DNA of 64,000 nucleotides, taken from Candidatus Fervidifonticultor sextus (GTDB taxonomy: Bacteria; Sysuimicrobiota; Sysuimicrobiia; Sysuimicrobiales; Humicultoraceae). A model generated the notes under the pieces. It searched no databases. It saw nothing but the letters and a program-made list of their open reading frames with translations, and was not told the origin of the DNA. Below are positions 1-8,026 of the stretch, piece after piece. The stretch's first letter is position 1, and each line of letters starts with the position of its first letter. A program made the translations under genes and the position numbers. Location: assembly GCA_031459875.1 (NCBI GenBank), contig JAVKHQ010000006.1:36312-100311 (forward strand), written 5' to 3'.

Positions 1-19
1 GCTGCGTCTGGCCGCACAG

Positions 20-1321
20 GTGGGGGCCCCGGACGCGCCCAGGGAACTCCCCGAGACCGCGGGGATCATGGGCCGCGCGGCCCGCGCGGCCCGGCCCGAG
101 TTCGTGCCCAACGTCCGCGACGACCCCGACTACATCGCCAGCAGCTTCGACGTGACCTCGGCGGCCGCCGTGCCCATCCTGTATGAGGGCACGGCTACTG
201 CCGTGCTCAAGGTCGAAGGGACCGCCTCCCGTCCCATCACCCCGCAGATCGTGGAATTCCTGGGTGAACTCGCCCCGCAGTTGGGGGGCATTGTGCGCAA
301 CGCGATGTTCTACGAAGAACAGCGTCGGGGCCACGACGAGTTGCAGGTCCTCTACGAGGCGGCCAGGGCCACCAGCGGGACCCTGGACCTCCACACCGTG
401 CTGGACAGCCTCATCGCGGTCACCTGCCGCGCGTTCGGATACGAGACCGGGACCGTGTGCTTGATCGACCCCGACAGCGGCGACCTCGTGGTGGAGGCGG
501 TCTACGGCTATCCGGAGCCCGTCACGGGCAGGCGCCTGCCGGCCGGCGTCGGGATCGTCGGCTGGGTGGCGCGGATGGGGACGCCCCTGGTCGTGGACGA
601 CGTTCTCAGCGACGCCCGCTACGTCAGGCGGGACGAGCGGACCCGTTCGGAACTTGCCGTGCCGCTCATCGCCGAGGGCAAAGTGCTCGGGGTCATCAAC
701 GTGGAGAGCACCCGCCTGGCCGCCTTCGGCCAGCGCGACCTGCGGCTGCTGACCACGCTGGCCTCGTATGCGGTCATGGCCATCCAGAACGCGCGGCTGT
801 ACGAACAGGCCAGCCGTCTGGCGATTACCGACGGGCTGACCGAACTGTACAACCACCGGTACCTCCACGATACGCTGGAGCGCATCGTGGAGCGCGCGCG
901 CCGCGAGGGCCAGCCCATCGGGCTGATCATGCTGGAGATCGACCACTTCAAGCGGTACAACGACACCTACGGCCACCGCAGCGGAGACGAGGCGCTGCGC
1001 ACCGTGGCGGCCCTGCTGCGGCGCGGCAGCCGCCCGTCGGACATCGTGGCGCGGTACGGCGGCGACGAGTTCATGGTGATCCTCCCCGGAGCCGGGAAAG
1101 CCGCGGTGCAGGAAACCGCGGAACGCCTGCGCCGCGCCGTGGAGGCCTACCCGTTGGTCCTCGCCAACGGGACGATCACCACCGTGACCCTCAGCGTGGG
1201 GGTGGCGGCCTATCCCCAGGACGGCCAGACCGTCGACGCCCTGGTGGAGGCGGTCGACCGCGCCCAGTACCTCGCCAAGCGCTCGGGAGGGAACAAGGTC
1301 CACGTCGCCCACGCGCCGTAG
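20..1321 (+). CDS. GAF-GAF-GGDEF diguanylate cyclase (probably 5'-truncated by the window edge)
   Basis: Two GAF-like segments (VPNVRDDPDY..AAVPI; VDDVLSDARY..SELAVPL), TDGLTELYN, intact RYGGDEF and an RxxD I-site (RPSD). Confidence 0.92.
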   Translation: MGAPDAPRELPETAGIMGRAARAARPEFVPNVRDDPDYIASSFDVTSAAAVPILYEGTATAVLKVEGTASRPITPQIVEFLGELAPQLGGIVRNAMFYEEQRRGHDELQVLYEAARATSGTLDLHTVLDSLIAVTCRAFGYETGTVCLIDPDSGDLVVEAVYGYPEPVTGRRLPAGVGIVGWVARMGTPLVVDDVLSDARYVRRDERTRSELAVPLIAEGKVLGVINVESTRLAAFGQRDLRLLTTLASYAVMAIQNARLYEQASRLAITDGLTELYNHRYLHDTLERIVERARREGQPIGLIMLEIDHFKRYNDTYGHRSGDEALRTVAALLRRGSRPSDIVARYGGDEFMVILPGAGKAAVQETAERLRRAVEAYPLVLANGTITTVTLSVGVAAYPQDGQTVDALVEAVDRAQYLAKRSGGNKVHVAHAP

Positions 1322-1333
1322 GGAGGCGGTGGG

Positions 1334-2428
1334 ATGAGTCTCGCCCTGGGCCTGGTCGGCCTGCCCAACGCCGGGAAGTCCACGCTCTTCAACGCGCTGA
1401 CCCGCGCCGGAGCCGCCGTGGCGTCGTATCCGTTCACGACCATCGACCCCAACCTCGGGCAGGTGGCCGTGCCCGACGGGCGCCTCGACGCCCTGGCCCG
1501 GACGCTTGAGCCCTCCCGCGTCGTCCCCGCCACGATCACGTTCATCGACATCGCCGGGCTGGTCCGCGGCGCGTCGAAGGGCGAGGGGTTGGGCAACCGG
1601 TTCCTGGCCCACATCCGCGAGGTGGACGCCGTCGTGCACGTCGTCCGCTGCTTTGCCAGCGCCGAGGTGGCGCTGGTTGAGGGCGACCTCAATCCCGTGC
1701 GCGATGCCGAGATCGTGGAGACCGAACTGGCGCTGGCCGACCTGGAGACCGTCGAGCGCGCCCGCGCCGCGGCGGCGGGTCGGGCCAAGGGCGGTGATCC
1801 GCACGCCCGCGAGCAGGCCGCCGCACTCCAGCGCGTGGCGGACGGCCTAGCCCAGGGCATTCCACTCCGCCGGCAGACGGTGCCCGAGGCCGCCCGCGAT
1901 CTCGTCCGCAGCCTGCGGCTGTTGACCGCGAAGCCGGTGGTCTACGTGGCCAACATCGACGAGCGCGATCTGCCCGATGGCGGTCCGCTGGCTGCGGGCC
2001 TGCGGGCCCTGGCCGACCGGCAGGGCGCCGGGTTCGTGGCGCTGGACGCACGCCTGGAGGTCGAACTCGGCGACCTGCCGCCCGAGGAGGCGCGGGAGTA
2101 TCTGGCCGCGGTCGGCCTGCGGGAGCCGGTCCTGCCGCGTCTGATCCGCATGAGCTTCCAGGTCCTCGGCCTGGTGAGTTTCTTCACCGTGCTCTCGGAC
2201 GAGGTGCGCGCCTGGCCGGTCCGTCGCGGTACCCCGGCGTTCGAGGCGGCCGGAAAGATCCACACCGACATGCAGCGGGGGTTCATCCGCGCCGAGGTGA
2301 TCCCGTGGGATGTCCTGGTGTCCTACGGGAGCCTGCAGGTGGCCCGGGATCACGGCGCGGTCCGCACGGAGGGCCGGGACTATCCGGTGGCCGACGGGGA
2401 CGTGATTACCTTCCGGTTTGCGGCGTAG
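1334..2428 (+). CDS. ychF: Redox-regulated ATPase YchF (Obg family)
   Basis: GLPNAGKST, YPFTTIDPN, DIAGLVRGASKGEGLGNRFL, C-terminal TGS domain (AGKIHTD..GFIRAEV). Confidence 0.97.
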   Translation: MSLALGLVGLPNAGKSTLFNALTRAGAAVASYPFTTIDPNLGQVAVPDGRLDALARTLEPSRVVPATITFIDIAGLVRGASKGEGLGNRFLAHIREVDAVVHVVRCFASAEVALVEGDLNPVRDAEIVETELALADLETVERARAAAAGRAKGGDPHAREQAAALQRVADGLAQGIPLRRQTVPEAARDLVRSLRLLTAKPVVYVANIDERDLPDGGPLAAGLRALADRQGAGFVALDARLEVELGDLPPEEAREYLAAVGLREPVLPRLIRMSFQVLGLVSFFTVLSDEVRAWPVRRGTPAFEAAGKIHTDMQRGFIRAEVIPWDVLVSYGSLQVARDHGAVRTEGRDYPVADGDVITFRFAA

Positions 2429-2481
2429 CGCCCTCCTACCCGGCTTCTGCGCGTCGCGTCCTGTGGGCGTCACCCCCGCAC

Positions 2482-2510
2482 TTGTGCCACCCCCCGACCG
2501 ATGATACAAT
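2482..2510 (+). promoter_or_regulatory. sigma70-type promoter of the rpsF operon
   Basis: TTGTGC (2482-2487), 17-nt spacer, extended -10 TGaTACAAT (2502-2510). Confidence 0.7.
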
Positions 2511-2550
2511 TGGCGTCGCTTGCAGAGCGCGCGGATGTGGCCGCGCGTTC

Positions 2551-2645
2551 CTCCTGCCCTCCACCGGTGCCTGCCGGGCTGGAGGGCCGCGGGCGGTACG
2601 CCCCCCAGGTTGCGGGGTCTGGCCTGGGAGTCCACAGGAGGAGGG
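2551..2645 (+). promoter_or_regulatory. S6:S18-binding ribosomal protein leader (translational autoregulation)
   Basis: CTCCTG (2551-2556) pairs with SD-overlapping CAGGAG (2635-2640); upper stem CCCTCCA/TGGAGGG is followed immediately by unpaired CCG (2587-2589); lies directly upstream of rpsF. Confidence 0.7.
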
Positions 2646-2651
2646 ACCGCA

Positions 2652-3059
2652 TTGCGGAGCTACGATCTGGTCTATATTGTCCGGCCCGACCTCGATGCCG
2701 AGGCGACCGGCGCGGTCGTCGAGCGGGTCACCCAGCGCCTGGTCGACCTGGGAGCCGTCATCGAGCACACGGAGGCCAGGGGCAAGCAGCGGATGGCCTA
2801 TCAGATTCAGCGGTACCGGGAGGGGTATTACGTGTTCACCCGGTTTTCGGTATCGGGTGACCGCATCCCGGCGATCCGTCACGCCTTGAAGGTCATCGAA
2901 GATGTGCTGCGTGCCTCGATCACCGTCGCCGTCGGGCCCATCGCGCCCCCGAAGCCGGCCCATCCCGCTCCGGCTGCCGCCGCGGCCGAACCCAGCACCC
3001 CGCCGGCCATCCATCCGTCCCGGCCCGCTCCAGCACAGGCCGAGACGTCACAGGCGTAG
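2652..3059 (+). CDS. rpsF: 30S ribosomal protein S6 with a Pro/Ala-rich C-terminal extension
   Basis: TTG start after GGAGG; RSYDLVYIVRPDL, GKQRMAYQIQRYREGYY; rpsF-ssb-rpsR synteny. Confidence 0.95.
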   Translation: MRSYDLVYIVRPDLDAEATGAVVERVTQRLVDLGAVIEHTEARGKQRMAYQIQRYREGYYVFTRFSVSGDRIPAIRHALKVIEDVLRASITVAVGPIAPPKPAHPAPAAAAAEPSTPPAIHPSRPAPAQAETSQA

Positions 3060-3082
3060 CACCGCCCAGGGGAGGGAGTCTT

Positions 3083-3475
3083 GTGTACAACCGGATCATC
3101 CTGATCGGCCGGCTCACCCGCGACCCGGAGCTGCGGTACGTGCCCAGCGGACAGCCCGTGGCCTCGTTCACCCTCGCGGTGGACCGTCCGTTCACCAACC
3201 AGCAGGGCGAGCGGGACACCGATTTCATCGATGTAGTGGCCTGGCGGAAACTGGCCGAGCAGGTCAGCCAGCACCTGGTCAAAGGCCGGCTGGTGGCCGT
3301 TGAGGGCCGCCTGCAGATCCGCTCGTACGAGACCCAGGACGGCCAGAAGCGCAAGGTGGCCGAGGTGGTGGCCGACGGCGTCCGGTTCCTCGACCGGAAG
3401 GCCGCCGGAGTCCCCGCCGCAGCCGCCCAGAACGAGGAGTTTGCAGAAGAGGCCGAGCAGGACGTCCCATTCTAG
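3083..3475 (+). CDS. ssb: Single-stranded DNA-binding protein
   Basis: NRIILIGRLTRDPELRY, acidic tail ending DVPF. Confidence 0.98.
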   Translation: MYNRIILIGRLTRDPELRYVPSGQPVASFTLAVDRPFTNQQGERDTDFIDVVAWRKLAEQVSQHLVKGRLVAVEGRLQIRSYETQDGQKRKVAEVVADGVRFLDRKAAGVPAAAAQNEEFAEEAEQDVPF

Positions 3476-3484
3476 GAGGACCGC

Positions 3485-3730
3485 ATGGTCGAGACCACCA
3501 AGAAGCAGTGGCGCGGGCGCCGGCCCAAGCGGAAGAACTGCATCTTCTGTGTCGAGAAGGCCGAAGCGATCGATTTCAAGGACGCACTGCGCATCCGGCG
3601 CTTCGTGACGGACCGCGGGAAGATCCTCCCGCGGCGTGTGTCGGGCACCTGTGCCAGGCACCAGCGCATGCTGGCGGTGGCCATCAAGCGCGCCCGGGAA
3701 CTGGCCCTGCTCCCGTACACCGGGGAATAG
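3485..3730 (+). CDS. rpsR: 30S ribosomal protein S18 (Zn-binding C+ form)
   Basis: [34 protein letters not shown]. Confidence 0.98.
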   Translation: MVETTKKQWRGRRPKRKNCIFCVEKAEAIDFKDALRIRRFVTDRGKILPRRVSGTCARHQRMLAVAIKRARELALLPYTGE

Positions 3731-4756
3731 GTGGCCCCTCCGGCCGTCGCCCCGCCCCCGCGCCAGACGCGGACGCACGGCCTCACCGAGGGCGCCGTCC
3801 TGGCGGCCCTCGTGGCGTTGCTGGCCATCGCGACACGCTACATCCCGGTCGTGGGGATGGCCACCGTCTGGCTCTGCCCGCTGCCGCTGGCGGTGCTGGT
3901 CATCCGGCACGGCCTGCGGATTGCGGCCCTCGCCGGCATCGTCGCCACGCTGGTCGGGGTCCTCCTGGCCGGGCCCGTGGTGGGCTTTGCCATCCTGATC
4001 TCCTTTGCGCCCATGGGCCTGGTGATCGGCGTCGGCGCGCAGCGGCACTGGCCGGCAGCGCGGGTGGTCCTGCTCGGCACGGTGGCGTCGGCGCTGTCCA
4101 CGGCCGCCAGTTTCCTGGGGCTGATGGGCGGCGGAGCCACGTCCCTGGCGGCCATGGCGGCGGAGATGACCGAGACCATGGAGCGCAGCACGGCGATGAT
4201 GACCGATCTGTACGTCCGGTGGGGATTGCCGAAGGCGCAGGCCGACGCCATCGCGGCGCAGTTCCGGGAGTTCGGTCGGCTGCTCCCCTCCCTCCTGCCC
4301 GCGATCCTGACGACGAGCGCGGCGACGGCCGCCTGGCTCAACTACGAGGTCGCCCGTCGCGTGCTTCACCGGTTCGGCTACCATCTGGCCGCCCTGCCGC
4401 CCATGGGAGCCTGGCGGCTGCCCTCCTGGGCCGTCTGGGCGCTGCCGCTGGGCTATCTCCTCTCCGCCGCCGGCGCGCAGGCGCGGCTGCCTGAGCTGGA
4501 GCGTGCCGGGGCCGGTGTGGTCCTGACCCTGATGCTGGCGTTCATGCTCCAGGGCATGCTGGCCGCCTGGGTGATCCTGGGCAACCTCGACCTCACGAAA
4601 GTCGAGCGGACGATTGCCCTGGTCGTGGCCGTTTCCCTGTCCACGGCGATCCCGCTGATCAACATCGCTGCGTTCCTCCTGGGCGTGGTGGACTCCGCCC
4701 TGAAGATCCGTGAGCGCTGGGGGCTGCCGCGCGGGCCGAGGCAGATGAGGCCGTGA
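3731..4756 (+). CDS. YybS/DUF2232 family membrane protein
   Basis: LTEGAVLAAL start, multiple TM segments, conserved position between rpsR and rplI. Confidence 0.85.
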   Translation: MAPPAVAPPPRQTRTHGLTEGAVLAALVALLAIATRYIPVVGMATVWLCPLPLAVLVIRHGLRIAALAGIVATLVGVLLAGPVVGFAILISFAPMGLVIGVGAQRHWPAARVVLLGTVASALSTAASFLGLMGGGATSLAAMAAEMTETMERSTAMMTDLYVRWGLPKAQADAIAAQFREFGRLLPSLLPAILTTSAATAAWLNYEVARRVLHRFGYHLAALPPMGAWRLPSWAVWALPLGYLLSAAGAQARLPELERAGAGVVLTLMLAFMLQGMLAAWVILGNLDLTKVERTIALVVAVSLSTAIPLINIAAFLLGVVDSALKIRERWGLPRGPRQMRP

Positions 4757-5199
4757 AGGTCATTCTCCTTAAGGACGTTCCCGGGACCGGTCGGGCCGGC
4801 GCCATCTGCGAGGTCAAGGAAGGACACGCGCGCAACTACCTGATCCCCCGTGGGCTGGCGGTCCCCGCGAGTGACGGTGCCGTCCGCGCCCTGCAGGCGC
4901 AGCAGGACGCCGTGCAGCGACGGGCCGAGCGACAGCGCGCCCGGACCCAGGAACTGCAGCAGCGCCTGCAGGGCCTGGTCCTGGAGATCCGCAGCCGCGC
5001 CGGCCAGGGCGGCAGGCTGTTCGGCGCCGTCACGGCCCAGCAGATCGCCGATGCACTGGTCAGCAAGGGATTCGCCATTTCCCGCAAGCAGGTGGAGCTG
5101 GAGAACCCGATCCGCGTCGAGGGCTTCTACCGGGTACCCGTCCGCATCGCCCCGGGGGTCGTGGTTGAGGTGGATCTGAACGTGACAGGCATTCGCTAG
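4753..5199 (+). CDS. rplI: 50S ribosomal protein L9
   Basis: MKVILLKDV, GHARNYLIPRGLA, GRLFGAVT. Confidence 0.98.
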   Translation: MKVILLKDVPGTGRAGAICEVKEGHARNYLIPRGLAVPASDGAVRALQAQQDAVQRRAERQRARTQELQQRLQGLVLEIRSRAGQGGRLFGAVTAQQIADALVSKGFAISRKQVELENPIRVEGFYRVPVRIAPGVVVEVDLNVTGIR

Positions 5200-5203
5200 C
5201 AGG

Positions 5204-5303
5204 CCCTCCACAGGTTCTGCCGGGGATTGTCCACAGATCCAGACCCCACGGGCGCACAGAGAGCGTTCTCCTTACCCACAGTTCATCCCAAAGGAATCGC
5301 ACA
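5204..5303 (+). promoter_or_regulatory. Cluster of DnaA-box-like 9-mers upstream of dnaB
   Basis: TTGTCCACA (5227-5235), TTACCCACA (5272-5280), weaker CCCTCCACA (5204-5212) and AATCGCACA (5295-5303), all in the same orientation. Confidence 0.55.
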
Positions 5304-5373
5304 GGGGGCCGCCCAAGAGAGGAGAGGCTCCGCGGGAGCCGCGCTATCGTCTGCAGGGGTACTTTTTGCGGGC

Positions 5374-5403
5374 TTGACATACCGTACATTTGTTCGATAG
5401 CAT
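5374..5403 (+). promoter_or_regulatory. dnaB promoter with an SOS (LexA) box-like site in the spacer
   Basis: Perfect -35 TTGACA (5374-5379), -10 TAGCAT (5398-5403); spacer contains CGTACATTTGTTCG (5383-5396), one mismatch to CGAAC-N4-GTTCG. Confidence 0.65.
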
Positions 5404-5433
5404 GGGGTGCGAGAGGTCGAACAGGAGTTCGCC

Positions 5434-7779
5434 ATGAGTCTGGGTCTCCCGGTGGAGCGCGTCCCGCCTCAGAACCTCGAGGCCGAGCAGAGTGTGCTCG
5501 GGTCCATGCTCTTGGAGCGGGATGCTATCGCCCGGGTCGTGGAGATGGTGCGGCCCGAGGACTTCTACCGGGAGGCCCACCGGAAGATCTACGAGGCCAT
5601 CATCGAGCTGTTCGAGCGCGGCGAGCCCGCGGACCTGATCAGCGTCACCGACCGCCTCCGCGCCAGGGGCGTGCTCGACGACGTCGGCGGCGCGGCCTAC
5701 GTCACCTCGTTGCTCCATGCCGTCCCGACCGCGGCGAACGTGGAGTACCACGCCCGCCTGGTCGTGCAGAAAGCCATGCTGCGGCAGATGATCGCCGCCG
5801 GCACGCAGATCGTGGCCATGGGCTTCCGGGAGGACCACGATGTCGAGGTCCTGGTTGACGAGGCCGAGAAGCTGGTCTTCTCCATCGCCAGCCGACGAAT
5901 GGGCCAGGAGTTCGTCCCGCTGCCCGAGATCTTGCGCGAGAGTTTCGAGCGGATCGACCGGCGCTACCGCGACAAGGGGACCATCACTGGCGTCCCCACG
6001 GGCTTCGCTGAGCTGGACAAGCTTACCTCGGGACTCCAGCCGGCCGACCTGATCATCGTGGCCGCGCGGCCGTCCATGGGCAAGTGCCTCAAATTCGACG
6101 CTGAGGTCGCCGATGCCGCGACCGGCGAGATCCGCACGATCCAGGAGATGGTCGCCGCCGGACGCGCCACACTGCTCTCGCTCGGCGCCGACCACCGGTT
6201 CCGGCCGACCTCCCCTGCCCGGTTCATCGACGACGGCATCAAGCCGGTCTTCCGGGTGCGGACCGGCGGCGGTCGCGAGGTCGAGACCACGCTCACCCAT
6301 CCGTTCCTGACCCCGTCGGGATGGCAGCCGCTGGCGGCCCTGGAGCCGGGGACCCTCATCGCCGTGCCCCGCCGGCTGCCGGTGTTCGGTCGCACCGATC
6401 TGCCCGACCACGAGGTCAAGCTCCTGGCCTACCTGTGCAGCGGCCGGCTCCCGGCGTCCCCGCAGATCGCCGAGGACTTCGCCGATGCCGCCTCCGCCGC
6501 CGAGGCCATCCTGGCCGCCTCACGCGGCCGCCCGGCGGCGCGGTCGGGGATCGGGGGCGGCGCGGAAGGAGGCGCCGCGGTGGCCGACCTGCTCTGGCGC
6601 TATCCCGTGCTCGCCGACCCTCCCTCGGCCCGCGCGATTCCCCCGGTGGTCTTCACGCTGCGCCGCGAGAAACTGGCGCTGTTCCTCAACCGGTTGCTGG
6701 GCAGCCTGGCCGAGGTGGGCGAGTACGCCGAGGGCTACCGGGCGCAGGTGACGCTGCCCTCGCGGCGGATGGCGCGTGGGCTCCAGCACCTGCTGCTGCG
6801 CTTCGGCGTCCCTGCGTCCGTCGAAGGCACGACCCTGACGCTGGGCGTCTCCGCCACCCTGGCGCTGGTCCGGGAGGTCGGCATCTTCGGCAGGGAGCGG
6901 CTGCGGCGGTGGGCCCGCAACGCGCAGCGGTCGCTGCTTGACGACATCGACGTGATGTGGGAAGAGGTAGTCGCGATTGAGCCCATCGGCGCGTTCCAGG
7001 TCTACGACCTGACCGTGCCCGAAACCCACAACTTCGTCGCCAACGACATCTGCGTCCACAACACCACCTTCGCCCTCAACATCGCCCAGCACGCCGCCGT
7101 CGAGCACAAGATCCCCGTGGCCATCTTCAGCCTGGAGACCAACAAGGAGCAACTGGTCCAGCGGATGCTGTGCAGCGAGGCGCAGGTGGATTCCTCGCGC
7201 CTGCGCAGCGGCTACCTCACCGACGCCGACTGGCCGCGGCTGGCCGCGGCGATGGGGCGGCTCTCCGAGGCGCCGATCTTCATCGACGACTCGGCCAACA
7301 TCACGGCCATCGAGATGCGCGCCAAGTCCCGCAAGCTCAAGGCCGAGCACGGCCTGGGGCTGATCATCATCGACTACCTGCAGATGATCCAGTCCTACAA
7401 GCGGGCCGAGAACCGCACCCAGGAGGTCTCGGAGATTGCCCGGGCGATCAAGTCACTGGCCAAGGAGCTGGACATCCCGGTGCTGGCCGTCTCGCAGCTG
7501 TCCAGGGTGGTCGAGGTCACCGGCAGCCGCCGGCCGCAGCTATCACATTTGAGGGAGAGCGGCGAGCTCGAGCAAGTCGCCGACCTGGTCCTCTTCATCT
7601 ACCGCGAGGAGTACTACGACCCCGGGAAGGCCAGATCCGAAGGGAAGGAACACATCGCCGAGATCCGGGTCGCCAAGCACCGCAACGGCCCGGTGGCCGA
7701 TCTCGAAATGTTCTTCCACAAAGAGCACGGTCGCTTCCGCGACCTGGACCGGCGTCACGCGGGCGCAGCGGGCTCGTAG
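5434..7779 (+). CDS. dnaB: Replicative DNA helicase DnaB, intein-interrupted
   Basis: PPQNLEAEQSVLG, AARPSMGK|TTFALN (P-loop split by the intein), IIIDYLQ, LRESGELEQVAD, AKHRNGP; ATG 5434 has an AGGAG SD (ORF open from 5407). Confidence 0.97.
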   Translation: MSLGLPVERVPPQNLEAEQSVLGSMLLERDAIARVVEMVRPEDFYREAHRKIYEAIIELFERGEPADLISVTDRLRARGVLDDVGGAAYVTSLLHAVPTAANVEYHARLVVQKAMLRQMIAAGTQIVAMGFREDHDVEVLVDEAEKLVFSIASRRMGQEFVPLPEILRESFERIDRRYRDKGTITGVPTGFAELDKLTSGLQPADLIIVAARPSMGKCLKFDAEVADAATGEIRTIQEMVAAGRATLLSLGADHRFRPTSPARFIDDGIKPVFRVRTGGGREVETTLTHPFLTPSGWQPLAALEPGTLIAVPRRLPVFGRTDLPDHEVKLLAYLCSGRLPASPQIAEDFADAASAAEAILAASRGRPAARSGIGGGAEGGAAVADLLWRYPVLADPPSARAIPPVVFTLRREKLALFLNRLLGSLAEVGEYAEGYRAQVTLPSRRMARGLQHLLLRFGVPASVEGTTLTLGVSATLALVREVGIFGRERLRRWARNAQRSLLDDIDVMWEEVVAIEPIGAFQVYDLTVPETHNFVANDICVHNTTFALNIAQHAAVEHKIPVAIFSLETNKEQLVQRMLCSEAQVDSSRLRSGYLTDADWPRLAAAMGRLSEAPIFIDDSANITAIEMRAKSRKLKAEHGLGLIIIDYLQMIQSYKRAENRTQEVSEIARAIKSLAKELDIPVLAVSQLSRVVEVTGSRRPQLSHLRESGELEQVADLVLFIYREEYYDPGKARSEGKEHIAEIRVAKHRNGPVADLEMFFHKEHGRFRDLDRRHAGAAGS
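6085..7062 (+). mobile_element. Intein (326 aa) in the DnaB P-loop with a degenerate LAGLIDADG domain
   Basis: Begins CLKFD directly after GK; block B TLTHPF; block F VYDLTVP; ends HNFVANDICVHN followed by Thr+1. Confidence 0.95.
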
Positions 7780-7967
7780 ATCGCTCCGCCAGGTCGTCGG
7801 ATCGCCTCCGTTTGGTTGCGTGCTGGGCGTGGGGGCTACCCGAGCCTGGACGAAGCCGGCTGCTTGACGTTGCGCCGCGCCCGGCGGCCCATGGTGCCGA
7901 CGACCTCCTCGGGTGCCCGACCGGCAGGGGTGAACTCGTAGCGGGTACGAGGACCCGCCGTCTTGCC

Positions 7968-7996
7968 TTGCCACCCCGCCCTCGGGCGCGTACACT
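7968..7996 (+). promoter_or_regulatory. sigma70-type promoter of citrate synthase
   Basis: TTGCCA - 17 nt - TACACT. Confidence 0.6.
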
Positions 7997-8026
7997 ACTA
8001 GTGCACAGGTCCTCGACGGGGGCGGG

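Noticed and set aside
3731..5199. gdpP (yybT) missing between yybS and rplI
   Set aside because: yybS directly followed by rplI is not, to my knowledge, unusual outside Bacilli; not informative alone
5200..5400. oriC call
   Set aside because: Few good DnaA boxes, no AT-rich unwinding element and no dnaA nearby; kept only as a regulatory cluster
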